Below are positions 17,813-27,728 of a stretch of DNA of 64,000 nucleotides, in pieces. The notes under the pieces are model-generated. The model saw only the letters and a program-made list of their open reading frames with translations, made no database searches and was not told the DNA's origin. A program made the position numbers and the translations under genes. Each line of letters begins with the position of its first letter. The first letter of the stretch is position 1. Source of the stretch: Spirochaetia bacterium (GTDB lineage Bacteria > Spirochaetota > Spirochaetia > SZUA-6 > Bin103); the NCBI GenBank assembly GCA_965208575.1, contig CBDBOV010000004.1:256001-320000 (forward strand). The letters are read 5' to 3'.

Positions 17813-19156
17813 GTGGCCGACTCCGCCGCGCCGGCCGGCGTACCGCTGCGAGACTCGATTCCGCCGCACAACATCGATGCAGAAGTCGCCACGCTCGGGG
17901 CGTTGCTGCTCGATCCCGAGGCGCTGTCGACCGTGTTGCGCTACCTGCGCGCCGACGACTTCTACCGAGCCGCGCATCGCAAGGTGTACCAGGCGATCCT
18001 GGCCTTGTTCGACCGCAATGAAGCAATCGACTTGATCACGCTGTGCGACGAACTCGGCCGCGTCGGCGAGCTCGAGGCATGCGGTGGGATGGCGCGCATC
18101 TCACAGCTCACGTCGGCCGTCCCCACCAGCGCCAACGTCGAGTACTACGCACGCATCGTGCAGGCACTCAGTATGCGGCGCGAGTTGCAGCGCATCGCGG
18201 CCTCCATCATCGCCGACTCGTTCGACGACTCGCGGGAAGTCCGCATCATCATCGAGGAGGCCGAACGGCGCATTTTCGAGATCACCGATCGCCAGCAGTC
18301 CGGATCGTTCCGGCTTGCGCGGGAGATCATCAACCAGACTGTCGACGCGATCGAGCGGCTGTACCACTCCAGCGGCAGCTACACGGGTATACCGAGCGGG
18401 TTCGCAGATCTCGACAATCTCACCAGCGGGTTCCAGAATTCCGAGTTCGTGGTAATCGGGGCACGTCCGTCGGTGGGAAAGACCGCGCTCGCACTCACCA
18501 TGGCTGCCAACATTGCCGTACAGCAGCGCAAGCCGGTAGGGTTCTTCACTTTGGAGATGTCCGCCGTTGCGCTGATGCAGCGGTTGCTGGCCGCCGAGGC
18601 GCGACTCGATTCGAACCGCATCCGTTCCGGAATGCTGCGGCCGTCCGACTTCCACAAGATCACCGACGCGGCGGGGCGCCTCTACGACGCGCCGTTGTTC
18701 ATCGAAGACTCGCCGAATCTCAAGCTGCTCGACCTGCGCGCCCAGGCACGCCGCATGAAATCGAATCACTCGATCGAGATCGTTTTCATCGACTATCTCA
18801 CCCTCATTTCATCGGAGAACCAGGATCTGCCCCGGCATGAACAGATTGCCGAGATCAGCCGCTCGCTGAAGGCACTCGCGCGCGAACTCGATGTGCCGGT
18901 GCTTGCGCTTTCCCAGGTGCGCCGCGAGACCGAGGGCAAGCTCCCTAACCTCGCCGACCTGCGCGAGTCGGGGTCGATCGAGCAGGATGCCGACGTGGTG
19001 ATGTTTCTGCATCGCGAACGCGGTACCGACGAGAGTCTGAACGAGCGCGAGACAGACCTGATCGTGGCCAAGCAGCGCAACGGCCCGGTCGGCAAGATCA
19101 ACCTCACGTTCTTCCCGGAGTACACCACCTTCGAGTCCCATTCTCCGCGCGATTAG
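17813..19156 (+). CDS. dnaB: Replicative DNA helicase
   Basis: 'PPHNIDAE', Walker A 'GARPSVGKT', 'IDYL', 'DLRESGSIEQDAD', 'KQRNGP'; no intein. Confidence 0.98.
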   Translation: MADSAAPAGVPLRDSIPPHNIDAEVATLGALLLDPEALSTVLRYLRADDFYRAAHRKVYQAILALFDRNEAIDLITLCDELGRVGELEACGGMARISQLTSAVPTSANVEYYARIVQALSMRRELQRIAASIIADSFDDSREVRIIIEEAERRIFEITDRQQSGSFRLAREIINQTVDAIERLYHSSGSYTGIPSGFADLDNLTSGFQNSEFVVIGARPSVGKTALALTMAANIAVQQRKPVGFFTLEMSAVALMQRLLAAEARLDSNRIRSGMLRPSDFHKITDAAGRLYDAPLFIEDSPNLKLLDLRAQARRMKSNHSIEIVFIDYLTLISSENQDLPRHEQIAEISRSLKALARELDVPVLALSQVRRETEGKLPNLADLRESGSIEQDADVVMFLHRERGTDESLNERETDLIVAKQRNGPVGKINLTFFPEYTTFESHSPRD

Positions 19157-19157
19157 A

Positions 19158-21326
19158 TCAGAACGGCGGCTGTCGCCCCGAGGAGGTCGCGAGGTACTGC
19201 TCCGCACCCGGCGAGTGGACATAGGCGCCGTTCGGGCGCGCCACGATCCAGTTGAAGTCGTGGAACAGGTAGAGGTGAAACAACACGCTGCGGGTGAACC
19301 GGTTCCAGACGGTGAACGTGGCATCCGCGTTGCGCGCCACCAGCAGGTCCCCGACCATGACGAGTTCGCGCGGTTGCCGGTCGGTGCGTTCCATCTCCTG
19401 CAGCCGCGTCCCGTCCCACACGCGGACCGCGTCTGCGCCGAGCGTGAAATAGATTCGCTGACGGTCCGGCGCCTCGGCAAGCGTCGCGGACAGGTCTTCG
19501 CCGGAGAATCCGTACACGACTCGTTGCCGGGCAAGGTCGCTGCCGTCGCGCATGCGCAGCACGGTGCGCGTACGGCCGGAGCCGGCGCCGTCTCGCGGCG
19601 GCTCTACGCCAAGCGTCAGGAGTTGTCCGCTGGCATGTTGGGCCAGGTCGAAGATGAGCAGCGCATCGTCGGGAATCAGCAGCGTTTCGGCGTGGGTGGC
19701 GTCGATCTTCAGAAGCGGCGTCGTGGTGGCGTGCGCCCGGGTCCGCCCCGCGATGAGGTGGTCGCCGATGTTGAGCACCGTGCCGGTGCCCGGAGCCCAG
19801 AACTCTCGTTCAGGCTCCGGTGCCGTAAGCACGGTGGCATTCATCACGTCGGCGACCCGGTACATCGCTATGTTGCCAACGCTGTCGAGCAGCACCAACC
19901 GCTGGTCGACCAGGCTCACCTGGCTCAGCGGCGCGGGCAAGCCGGAAATGCGCATTCGGTAGCGGCCGGTGCGTGGATCCAACGTGCCCAGGCGGCCGCT
20001 CTCTCCCTCGCGATTCCACACCAGGATGGCGCCGCTCTGCCGGGGCGGCCGACCGGCGTCGGGCGACCGGGTTGAGGCCGGCACGGGTGCGGACGATGCC
20101 GCCGCCGGCACTACCGTCAGCCCCACCGCGCTTCCGAATGGATTGCGCAACACGCTCGCCGTGGCCAGCCGCGGCATCTGCGCGCCGGCCGACAGCGGGG
20201 CGAATTCCGGCACGAGCGTCGCCTCCGGCCGCTGCAGCCGGGCAACGGCGATGCGGCGCCGGGTAGCGACCAACAGCATTGCGCCATCCGCCGCCAGCGC
20301 CTCCGCATCCACCAGTTCGTCGCGCACGAACGGCACGACCCCACTTGGGAGCACCTCCCGAATCGTGCCGCCTTCCGCGAAGAACAGCGTGCGGCTTGCG
20401 TAGGCCGCCGCGGTCGGCGCCGCGTCCAGCGGGAGGCGGCGTTCGGGGTGCGGGGTGAGTGCTCGGTCGAGGGCGCGTTGTTGCAGGACGAATACGCCAT
20501 CCTCACGGTCGTCCGGCTGCAACACGCTGATTTGGGCGAACTGATCGGCCACCACTACCTGTGCCTGCCGCGGCATCCGGAGTCGGCTCCGCACCGCTCC
20601 GGTGACCACGTCGATGGCGACCAGGTCTCCACCGGAGCGTGCCACCAGGAGGTTCTTGTCTGCGCTGAGCGCGATCGACTCCAGCCCGGGCAGGGTCGGC
20701 ACCGCCGCCTTCAGCGCGGACGTTGCCGCGTCCCAGTAACGCACCTCGCCGGTTGGCTGATAGGTCATGATGGTGCGCTCGTTGGTTGACATCGCGACGT
20801 AGGAAACGATGCCGAACGCCGCCGACAGACGGTCCTGACGTTTACCGGTTACGGGTTCGAGGAACACCACGCTGTCGAATTGAGCCCGGCTGTACACGAG
20901 CGAGGAGCCGAGGCTGGTGAATCCGAGGTGCAGCGGAGCATCCTGCAGCCGGTGGCGGTACAACCGGCGTTCGCTCCGCCAATCCCACACCTCGAGCAGG
21001 TCGTGGCCCATCGTGGAGCGTGCTACCGCCGCAACCAGCGGTCGATCGGGATGCAGGGCGATGCGCAGGACACGCACCGCGCCGAGCGGCAAATGCCGGA
21101 CAATCGCACGTCGGTCGTGACTCCAGACCCGTACCGTGCCGTCTTCTCCCGCCGAGAACAGCATCCGCCGCTGCGCATCGTAGGCGAGATCGTTGATCGT
21201 GCCGCGGTGACTGGTATTCACCAGGGGAGTCGGGCCGGCGGCGGCGGTGGCGCCGACGCAGGCAAGCAGCGCGAACGAGCATGCGCGTATCAGCGGCAGC
21301 ACTGTCCAGCGCAGGCCTTGGCTCAT
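19158..21326 (-). CDS. Exported WD40/beta-propeller repeat protein
   Basis: Signal peptide; 'SHRGTINDLAY...LFSAGEDGTVRVW' WD repeat. Confidence 0.8.
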   Translation of the reverse strand: MSQGLRWTVLPLIRACSFALLACVGATAAAGPTPLVNTSHRGTINDLAYDAQRRMLFSAGEDGTVRVWSHDRRAIVRHLPLGAVRVLRIALHPDRPLVAAVARSTMGHDLLEVWDWRSERRLYRHRLQDAPLHLGFTSLGSSLVYSRAQFDSVVFLEPVTGKRQDRLSAAFGIVSYVAMSTNERTIMTYQPTGEVRYWDAATSALKAAVPTLPGLESIALSADKNLLVARSGGDLVAIDVVTGAVRSRLRMPRQAQVVVADQFAQISVLQPDDREDGVFVLQQRALDRALTPHPERRLPLDAAPTAAAYASRTLFFAEGGTIREVLPSGVVPFVRDELVDAEALAADGAMLLVATRRRIAVARLQRPEATLVPEFAPLSAGAQMPRLATASVLRNPFGSAVGLTVVPAAASSAPVPASTRSPDAGRPPRQSGAILVWNREGESGRLGTLDPRTGRYRMRISGLPAPLSQVSLVDQRLVLLDSVGNIAMYRVADVMNATVLTAPEPEREFWAPGTGTVLNIGDHLIAGRTRAHATTTPLLKIDATHAETLLIPDDALLIFDLAQHASGQLLTLGVEPPRDGAGSGRTRTVLRMRDGSDLARQRVVYGFSGEDLSATLAEAPDRQRIYFTLGADAVRVWDGTRLQEMERTDRQPRELVMVGDLLVARNADATFTVWNRFTRSVLFHLYLFHDFNWIVARPNGAYVHSPGAEQYLATSSGRQPPF

Positions 21327-21327
21327 G

Positions 21328-22674
21328 TCACCTGCCGAAGAAGAACAGGATGTCGCTGAAGGTGACCGTGATAGCCAGCACCAGCAGCAGCGACATGCCG
21401 AGTGTCTGGATTCGGTACACCAGGGCCGGCCGGAGCGGCTTGCCGCGGATCAACTCGGTGACATAGAGCACCAGGTGCCCGCCGTCCAGCGCCGGCAAGG
21501 GCAGCAGGTTCATGATGAACAGGACAATGCTGATCAGGCACAACAGGCGGAAGAATCGTACCAGACCGGCTCCGAAGCTGCGCTCGAAGCCGTCGGTGGC
21601 GGCGCGTCCGACGAAGTAGGTAATGCGCAGCGGTCCGGCCACGGCCTTCCGGGCGTTGCCGTCGAACAGCCGGGCGAAGCCGCCGAAGGTGAGGGCGATG
21701 GTGTTCCAGGTGTCGTCCACGCCGCGGGCCAGCGCGCCGAGCGGCGACAGGCGGGGCGAACGCGACTGCGGGAGCCGGAACCCCAGCCCCCAATCCTCGC
21801 TGCCTTCGGCGGGCACCACCGTGATGGTCACTGTCTGACCCTCACGCTCCACCGTAAAGTCGACCTCCGACACGCCGGCGCCGAGGCGCTGCACGATGTC
21901 GATCGAGTGGCGGACCTCGGCCGAGTCGAGGGCCACGACACGGTCGCCGCTGCGCAGCCCGGCAATCGATGCCGCGCCTCCGAGGCGCACTTCGAGCACC
22001 GGGTCGATCCAGGGGTAGACCCAGATCCGTCCGCCGCCGGTGTCCGGATCGACTTCCGGCGTGATGACCGTGGACAGCAGCATACCGTCCCGCTCCACCG
22101 TCATCGCCAGTTCCTGTTGCGGTGCCGACGAGATGTGGCGGCGGATGTCCTGAAAATTGGCGATCACGTGGCCGGCGATGCCGGTGATGCGGTCGCCGCT
22201 GTGCAGGCCGGCCGCCTGCGCGGGGGTCGGTTCCGACACGGCATCCAGAGAGAAGTCGGAGGCCAGCAGAATGCGGTTTCCCGGACTGTCGATACGGAAC
22301 CCCGCCCACCAGATCAAGCTGAGGACCACAATCGCGAATGCGAGATTGGCCAGAGGACCGGCGGCAATGATCGCGATGCGGCGCCACGGAGACGCCGCGA
22401 AAAACGATCCCGGTTCCGCCCGAACGCCCGCGTCGTCGTTGCGCCACGCCTCGCGCAGCGCGCTGTCGCCCTTCATCCTGCAGTAGCCGCCAAGCGGGAA
22501 CCAGGAGATCTGATAGGTGGTGCCGCCGCGCTGGAAGCCGACCAGGCGCCGGCCCCAACCGAGCGAGAACACCTCCACTTCGACGCCGTTCGCCTTGGCG
22601 GCCAGGAAGTGCCCGAGCTCATGTATGAGCACCATGATTCCGAGACCGAGAATGCCGAAGAAGATGGTGGCCAT
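21328..22674 (-). CDS. rseP: RIP metalloprotease RseP
   Basis: HELGH, 'AGPLAN', two PDZ domains, 'NLLPLPALDGG'. Confidence 0.96.
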   Translation of the reverse strand: MATIFFGILGLGIMVLIHELGHFLAAKANGVEVEVFSLGWGRRLVGFQRGGTTYQISWFPLGGYCRMKGDSALREAWRNDDAGVRAEPGSFFAASPWRRIAIIAAGPLANLAFAIVVLSLIWWAGFRIDSPGNRILLASDFSLDAVSEPTPAQAAGLHSGDRITGIAGHVIANFQDIRRHISSAPQQELAMTVERDGMLLSTVITPEVDPDTGGGRIWVYPWIDPVLEVRLGGAASIAGLRSGDRVVALDSAEVRHSIDIVQRLGAGVSEVDFTVEREGQTVTITVVPAEGSEDWGLGFRLPQSRSPRLSPLGALARGVDDTWNTIALTFGGFARLFDGNARKAVAGPLRITYFVGRAATDGFERSFGAGLVRFFRLLCLISIVLFIMNLLPLPALDGGHLVLYVTELIRGKPLRPALVYRIQTLGMSLLLVLAITVTFSDILFFFGR

Positions 22675-22679
22675 AGACG

Positions 22680-23564
22680 TCAAGCTGCTGTCCAATGCAC
22701 GTGCTGCATCCAGAAGTAGAACAACGGCGCGCACAGCATCAAGGAATCTATCGAGTCCAGCAATCCGCCCCGTCCCGGAATGAGTTCGCCGGAATCCTTG
22801 ACTTGCGCGGCGCGCTTCAAGGCCGACTCCACCAGGTCGCCGACCGCGGCGCAGACGCCCATGGCCGCACCTCCCAGTGCCGCCTCAAAGGTACCGAACT
22901 GTGGGGCGCCGGGGAATACACGCTGCGCGACGATCAATGCCGCCACCGACGCGGTGATGCCGGTGATGTAACCGATGGCGGTCTTGGCGGGACTCGCCGG
23001 CAGGCCGAGCGTAGTGCGCCCGCGGGCCAGCTTGCCTGCCAGGTAGGCGATGGTGTCGTTGCTGAACACCGCCACGAAGAAGGTGAGCAGCAGCCACTGA
23101 GGCGTGCCGAAACCGGCGAGACGCACGATGAAGCCGATGAACAATCCGGGATAAAGGCTGGCAATCAGTGTCGCGCCGGCCTGACCGAGCGGATCGTGGT
23201 GCCGGCCGCGCGCCGAGGTTCCCGGCAGCAGGGTGACCGCGAGAATGAGTGCGATCACCGCGGCGGCCACGCCGCCGAATGCATGCCCGGATACCAGGCC
23301 CCAGTTCTCCAGGTAAGCGATTGCCGGAAACAGCGCCGAACAACCCGCCGCCAGGTGCCAGCGGCCGGCAACCGCGCGGCGGGCGAACAATGCGCCCACC
23401 TCACGCGATCCGAGCACGGCCGCGACGGTGGCGCACAGGCTGAACAGGAGGTGGCGATACGCAGGGACGGCAAAGATCAGCACGAAGAACACCGGTACCG
23501 CCGCCACGAACAGCAGGAGGCGGGTCCAGAATCGATCGGCCGACAACAGCGTCTGCGGCTTCAC
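22680..23564 (-). CDS. cdsA: Phosphatidate cytidylyltransferase
   Basis: 'SPAKT', 'GDLVESALKRAAQVKDSGELIPGRGGLLDSIDS'. Confidence 0.95.
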   Translation of the reverse strand: MKPQTLLSADRFWTRLLLFVAAVPVFFVLIFAVPAYRHLLFSLCATVAAVLGSREVGALFARRAVAGRWHLAAGCSALFPAIAYLENWGLVSGHAFGGVAAAVIALILAVTLLPGTSARGRHHDPLGQAGATLIASLYPGLFIGFIVRLAGFGTPQWLLLTFFVAVFSNDTIAYLAGKLARGRTTLGLPASPAKTAIGYITGITASVAALIVAQRVFPGAPQFGTFEAALGGAAMGVCAAVGDLVESALKRAAQVKDSGELIPGRGGLLDSIDSLMLCAPLFYFWMQHVHWTAA

Positions 23565-23606
23565 GATCGACGCAGGATCTTTGAATTCGGTGCCACCGCT
23601 AAACCG

Positions 23607-24158
23607 TCAGATCTCCATGATCTCCTTTTCTTTCGCGGCGAGGAGGTCGTTGATCTCGGCGATGCGCTCGTCGGTCGCGGTCTGCACCCGTTCCGACGCG
23701 CGCTTTGCCTCGTCTTCGCTGAGACCTTCCTTCTGGTCCTGCTTGATGCCCTCATTGAGGTCGCGACGGATGTTGCGCACCGCGACCCGAGCCTGCTCGG
23801 CGGCGTTGCGCGCCTGCTTTACGATCTCCTTGCGCCGCTCCTCGGTGAGCGGCGGAATCGCGATGCGGATCACCTTGCCGTCGTTGCTTGGATTGAGCGA
23901 CAGGTCCGACTTCTGGATTGCCCGCTCGATCTCGGTCAAGGTGGATCGGTCCCACGGCTGGATAACGACCAGCCGCGCCTCGGGAATGGAGATTGTCGCC
24001 GTCTGGTTGAGCGGCATCTGCTGGCCATACGCCTCAACGCGTATCCTGTCGAACATGGCGGCGCTGGCACGCCCGGTACGGATGGTCTTGAACTCGCTCG
24101 ACAGCGCGTCAAGCGTTTTCTGCATGCGCTGTCGTGCCTCGCCGGCGGGATCGGCCAC
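23607..24158 (-). CDS. frr: Ribosome recycling factor
   Basis: 'IRTGRAS', 'PPLTEERRKEIVK', 'KEKEIMEI'. Confidence 0.98.
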   Translation of the reverse strand: MADPAGEARQRMQKTLDALSSEFKTIRTGRASAAMFDRIRVEAYGQQMPLNQTATISIPEARLVVIQPWDRSTLTEIERAIQKSDLSLNPSNDGKVIRIAIPPLTEERRKEIVKQARNAAEQARVAVRNIRRDLNEGIKQDQKEGLSEDEAKRASERVQTATDERIAEINDLLAAKEKEIMEI

Positions 24159-24184
24159 GGTTTCCTCTCCTCAGGTGGTGCGCC

Positions 24185-25036
24185 TCAGCCTGCCGCCGGG
24201 GCCTCCTCACCTACCTTGTAATAGACGTAGTCCGCGATCTGTACCTCGGTGCCAAGCTCCTTTCCGAGCCCGGCCACGAGCTGCTTTACGCTCAGCTTCT
24301 GATCCTTCACGAATGCCTGCTCAAGCAGGCAGATCTCCTGCAGATGCTTGCGGAGCTTGCCTTTGACAATGCCGGCAACCACCCTTGCAGGTTTGTCGAG
24401 CAACTCCGCCTGCTTGCGGAAAATCGCCTCCTGCTCGGCCAGGTAATCGCCGGTCACGTTGTCGGGGGTAAGAAACGGCGGCGCATAGGCGGCTACGTGC
24501 AGCGCCAGGTCGAAGGCGGTCTCACTGATGCGCTCGTGGCCGGCGAAAGCGGCGTCCGAGGCATGCAGCTTGACCAGCACGCCAATGGTGCCTTCGCCAT
24601 GCAGGTAGTGGGCCACGGTATCGCCGTCGCCGATGGCCACGCTGCGAAACCGGCGCAAGGCGATGTTCTCCTTGATCCGGCCGATTGCCGCGGTGATCAA
24701 CTGTTGCATCCGGTCGGTGGGAGCCTGCGGACTCTCGGCGGCGACTTCGGAGACGAGCTCCTCGCCAAGCGTCACGAACTGATCATTGCGGGCCACGAAG
24801 TCGGTTTCGCTCGACAGCTCCAGAATCGCGGCCGTGCCGTTTACGGTGGTGAACACGCGGCCCTCGTTGGTGGCGCGCCCGCTGCGCTTGGCGGCCGCCG
24901 AGAGGCCCATCTCCTTGAGCCGGCGTTCCGCAGCGGCCAGGTCGCCGCCGCTGTCCACCAATGCGCGCTTGCAGTCCATCATGCCGGCCCCGGTCTGCTC
25001 GCGGAGCCGTTTTACATCTTGTGCGGAAATTGCCAA
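24185..25036 (-). CDS. tsf: Elongation factor Ts
   Basis: 'VKRLREQTGAGMMDCKRAL', 'ETDFVA'; TTG start behind AGGAG. Confidence 0.97.
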   Translation of the reverse strand: MAISAQDVKRLREQTGAGMMDCKRALVDSGGDLAAAERRLKEMGLSAAAKRSGRATNEGRVFTTVNGTAAILELSSETDFVARNDQFVTLGEELVSEVAAESPQAPTDRMQQLITAAIGRIKENIALRRFRSVAIGDGDTVAHYLHGEGTIGVLVKLHASDAAFAGHERISETAFDLALHVAAYAPPFLTPDNVTGDYLAEQEAIFRKQAELLDKPARVVAGIVKGKLRKHLQEICLLEQAFVKDQKLSVKQLVAGLGKELGTEVQIADYVYYKVGEEAPAAG

Positions 25037-25085
25037 TGGTAACTCCTGGTTGTAGGCGCGCTCCGGCCCGTGCCGGCACGCCGCG

Positions 25086-26072
25086 TCAGCGATCGTAGAG
25101 CGTGTCTTCGTCGATCCCGGCTTTGTCGGTGACCGTTTCCTGTTCCGGCTGCGCTTGCTCGGGCTCATCCTGCGGCGTGTAGTTGGAATAGTCCTGGTCG
25201 GTGAATCCCTGCTGTCCCTGATCGTCGACCAGTCCGGCGGCGCCGGCCATCTCGCCGAGCGACACCGTCTCGAGCTCCTGCGCCGGTTCGGCGTCGTACT
25301 CTTCGCCGAATTGATCCTTGTCGATGATCTGGTCGTAGTCGTACTCGTCGGGGCCCTCGTCCTGCAGGGTCTCGATAACCTCCAGACCAACCTCGTTCTC
25401 GGCCTCGACGACGGCGTTGGCAACGATCTGGGTAAACAGGTTGATGGCCCGAATGGCGTCGTCATTGCCGGGGATCGGCAGGTCGATGACGTCCGGGTTG
25501 CAGTTCGTATCGACGATGGCAACCACCGGAATCTTCATCTTGTTGGCCTCGGCGATCGCGATTGCCTCCTTGCGGGTGTCGACCACGAACATGACCCCGG
25601 GAAGATCCTTCATTTCCTTGATGCCGCCCAGGTTGCGCTCCAGCCGCGCCTGCTCCTTCTGCATGCGCGAAATCTCTTTCTTGGTCATGTTGGAGAAGGT
25701 GCCGTCAACCTCCATCTTTTCGATCTTCTTGAGCTTGAGCAGCGAGCGCTTCATGGTCGAAAAGTTGGTGAGCATGCCGCCGAGCCAGCGATTGTTGACA
25801 TAGAACATGTTGCAGCGCCGGGCTTCCCGTTCGATCGACTGCTGGGCCTGCTTCTTGGTGCCGACGAACAGCACGTGCTTGCCGGCCAGAACACTCTGGC
25901 GGACGGTCTCGTAGGCTTCCTTGATCGCGACGATGGTCTTCTGCAGGTCGATGATGTGGATGCCATTGCGCTCGGCGAATATGTACCGCTGCATGCGCGG
26001 ATCCCAGCGCTTGGTCTGGTGTCCGAAGTGCACTCCGGACTCCAGCAGGTTTTTCATGGTAACGACGGCCAA
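25086..26072 (-). CDS. rpsB: 30S ribosomal protein S2 with long acidic C-terminal tail
   Basis: '[11 protein letters not shown]', 'RWLGGMLTN', 'DTNCNPD', 'PGNDDAIR'. Confidence 0.98.
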   Translation of the reverse strand: MAVVTMKNLLESGVHFGHQTKRWDPRMQRYIFAERNGIHIIDLQKTIVAIKEAYETVRQSVLAGKHVLFVGTKKQAQQSIEREARRCNMFYVNNRWLGGMLTNFSTMKRSLLKLKKIEKMEVDGTFSNMTKKEISRMQKEQARLERNLGGIKEMKDLPGVMFVVDTRKEAIAIAEANKMKIPVVAIVDTNCNPDVIDLPIPGNDDAIRAINLFTQIVANAVVEAENEVGLEVIETLQDEGPDEYDYDQIIDKDQFGEEYDAEPAQELETVSLGEMAGAAGLVDDQGQQGFTDQDYSNYTPQDEPEQAQPEQETVTDKAGIDEDTLYDR

Positions 26073-26099
26073 CTAGCTCCCCCTGTCTTTGCAACCTGT

Positions 26100-26699
26100 T
26101 TATTGCGGGCTGCGAAACGGATAACCGCTCCGCGCCAACATACGATATATCGTTTCCAGCGGCAAGCCTACGACGTTGCTGTAGGAGCCGTCCAGGTGAG
26201 TGGCCAGGAGCGCGGCGCGGCCCTGGATGCGGTACCCGCCGGCCGCGCCGCGCCACTCGCCGCTGTCCAGGTACCAGTCCACTTCCGCGCCACTGAGCGG
26301 GGCGAAGGTGACGGCGGTACGGGCCAGCGCCACGTCCAGCACGCGGTCCGGGGTGGCGAGCGCAACGCCGGTCAGCACGTGATGGACGGCACCGGCAAGC
26401 CGCCTCAACGTGGCGCGGGCGGAGTCGCGGTCGGCGGGCTTGCCGACCAGGTCGGCGCCGATCAGGACGGCGGTGTCGGCCGCGATCAGCCAGCCCGTTT
26501 CCGGCACGCGGGCGAGCACCGCGCGCGCCTTGCGGCGGGCGAGTTCTACCACCGCCCGCTGCGGGGGAACGTGCGCCGCCACCGTCTCGTCCGCGCCCGA
26601 CGGCACTACGCGCACCGCAAAGCCCGCCGCCCGCAGCAGGGCAAGGCGCTGCGGCGAGGCGGAAGCGAGGGTAACGGTCGGCGGCGCGCAGGCGCTCAT
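26100..26699 (-). CDS. maf: Maf family nucleoside triphosphate pyrophosphatase
   Basis: 'LASASPQR', 'AADT', 'GKP', 'AGGYRIQG', 'NVVGLP'. Confidence 0.93.
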   Translation of the reverse strand: MSACAPPTVTLASASPQRLALLRAAGFAVRVVPSGADETVAAHVPPQRAVVELARRKARAVLARVPETGWLIAADTAVLIGADLVGKPADRDSARATLRRLAGAVHHVLTGVALATPDRVLDVALARTAVTFAPLSGAEVDWYLDSGEWRGAAGGYRIQGRAALLATHLDGSYSNVVGLPLETIYRMLARSGYPFRSPQ

Positions 26700-26700
26700 G

Positions 26701-27624
26701 TCAGCGGTGCGCCGTGTAGCGCTGCGCGGGCGCCGCGGCGCAGAGGGCGGCCGCTTCGCCGTCGCCGAGAGGAGTGCTGGCCGTGGCTGCCACGTTGTCC
26801 TGCAACTGTACGAGGCTGCTCGCTCCGGGGACCGCGGCGGCCACGGCAGGCGCCGCCAGTGCGAAGCGCAGTGCACTCTGCGCCGGCGAGCGCCTGGCCG
26901 CCGCGCTGACGTCGCCGAGTACCTGCTGGATTGCCGCTACCCGTTCCCGGTCATGGCCCAACTCGGCACGCGATCGCTTACCGTGCCCGCCGCATGGCGT
27001 CGGGCCGGCAAGCAGCCCCCTGGCCACCGGTCCGCGTACGATCACCGAGATGCCGCGGTCGCGCAGCAGTGGCAGCGCCTGTTCCTCGGGGCGGCGGTCC
27101 AACACGCTGTACTGCATCATCACGCTGGCGACCGACGAGCGCGCCGCGTACTCGCGGATCACGTTGGGACGGATCGAGGAGATGCCCCAGGCGCGGATCG
27201 TGCCGGCCTGCCGCAGCGCTTCGAAGGTGGCGATGACGTCGTCGATCGGGTCGTCGATGGTGCCGCCGTGCAGTTGATACAGGTCGATGTAGTCGGTTCC
27301 CAGGCGGCGCAAGCTCGCCTCGACCGCGCCGCGGATATAGGCCGGTGACGGATCCCAGTCCCAGCCGTCGCCGCCGGCATGCCAGCGGTTGCCCACCTTG
27401 GTGGCGACGATCACCTCCCGGCGGCGCCCGCCGAGCGCGCGCGCGAGCCGCTCCTCATTGGCGCCACGCTCATACAGGTCGGCGGTGTCGAAGAAATTGA
27501 CGCCGAGGTCGAGCGCACGGTGAACGATCGCATCGGCCGCATCGCCCGCCTTCGCCAGCGACATGCAGCCAAGGCCGATCTCGCTGACCGACAGGCCGCT
27601 CGATCCCAACCGATTCCGTTTCAT
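26701..27624 (-). CDS. Aldo/keto reductase
   Basis: 'GLGCMS', 'DTADLY', 'SLRRLGTDYIDLYQLH'. Confidence 0.95.
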   Translation of the reverse strand: MKRNRLGSSGLSVSEIGLGCMSLAKAGDAADAIVHRALDLGVNFFDTADLYERGANEERLARALGGRRREVIVATKVGNRWHAGGDGWDWDPSPAYIRGAVEASLRRLGTDYIDLYQLHGGTIDDPIDDVIATFEALRQAGTIRAWGISSIRPNVIREYAARSSVASVMMQYSVLDRRPEEQALPLLRDRGISVIVRGPVARGLLAGPTPCGGHGKRSRAELGHDRERVAAIQQVLGDVSAAARRSPAQSALRFALAAPAVAAAVPGASSLVQLQDNVAATASTPLGDGEAAALCAAAPAQRYTAHR

Positions 27625-27728
27625 GGCGGCAGTCTATCATCGACGTGATCCGGTCGTGTCCGTGTGTCGGGTTGTCCGCGCCTGCTCCGGATTGACAGCG
27701 GCCCGGCGGATGCGCACGATTACCGCCG

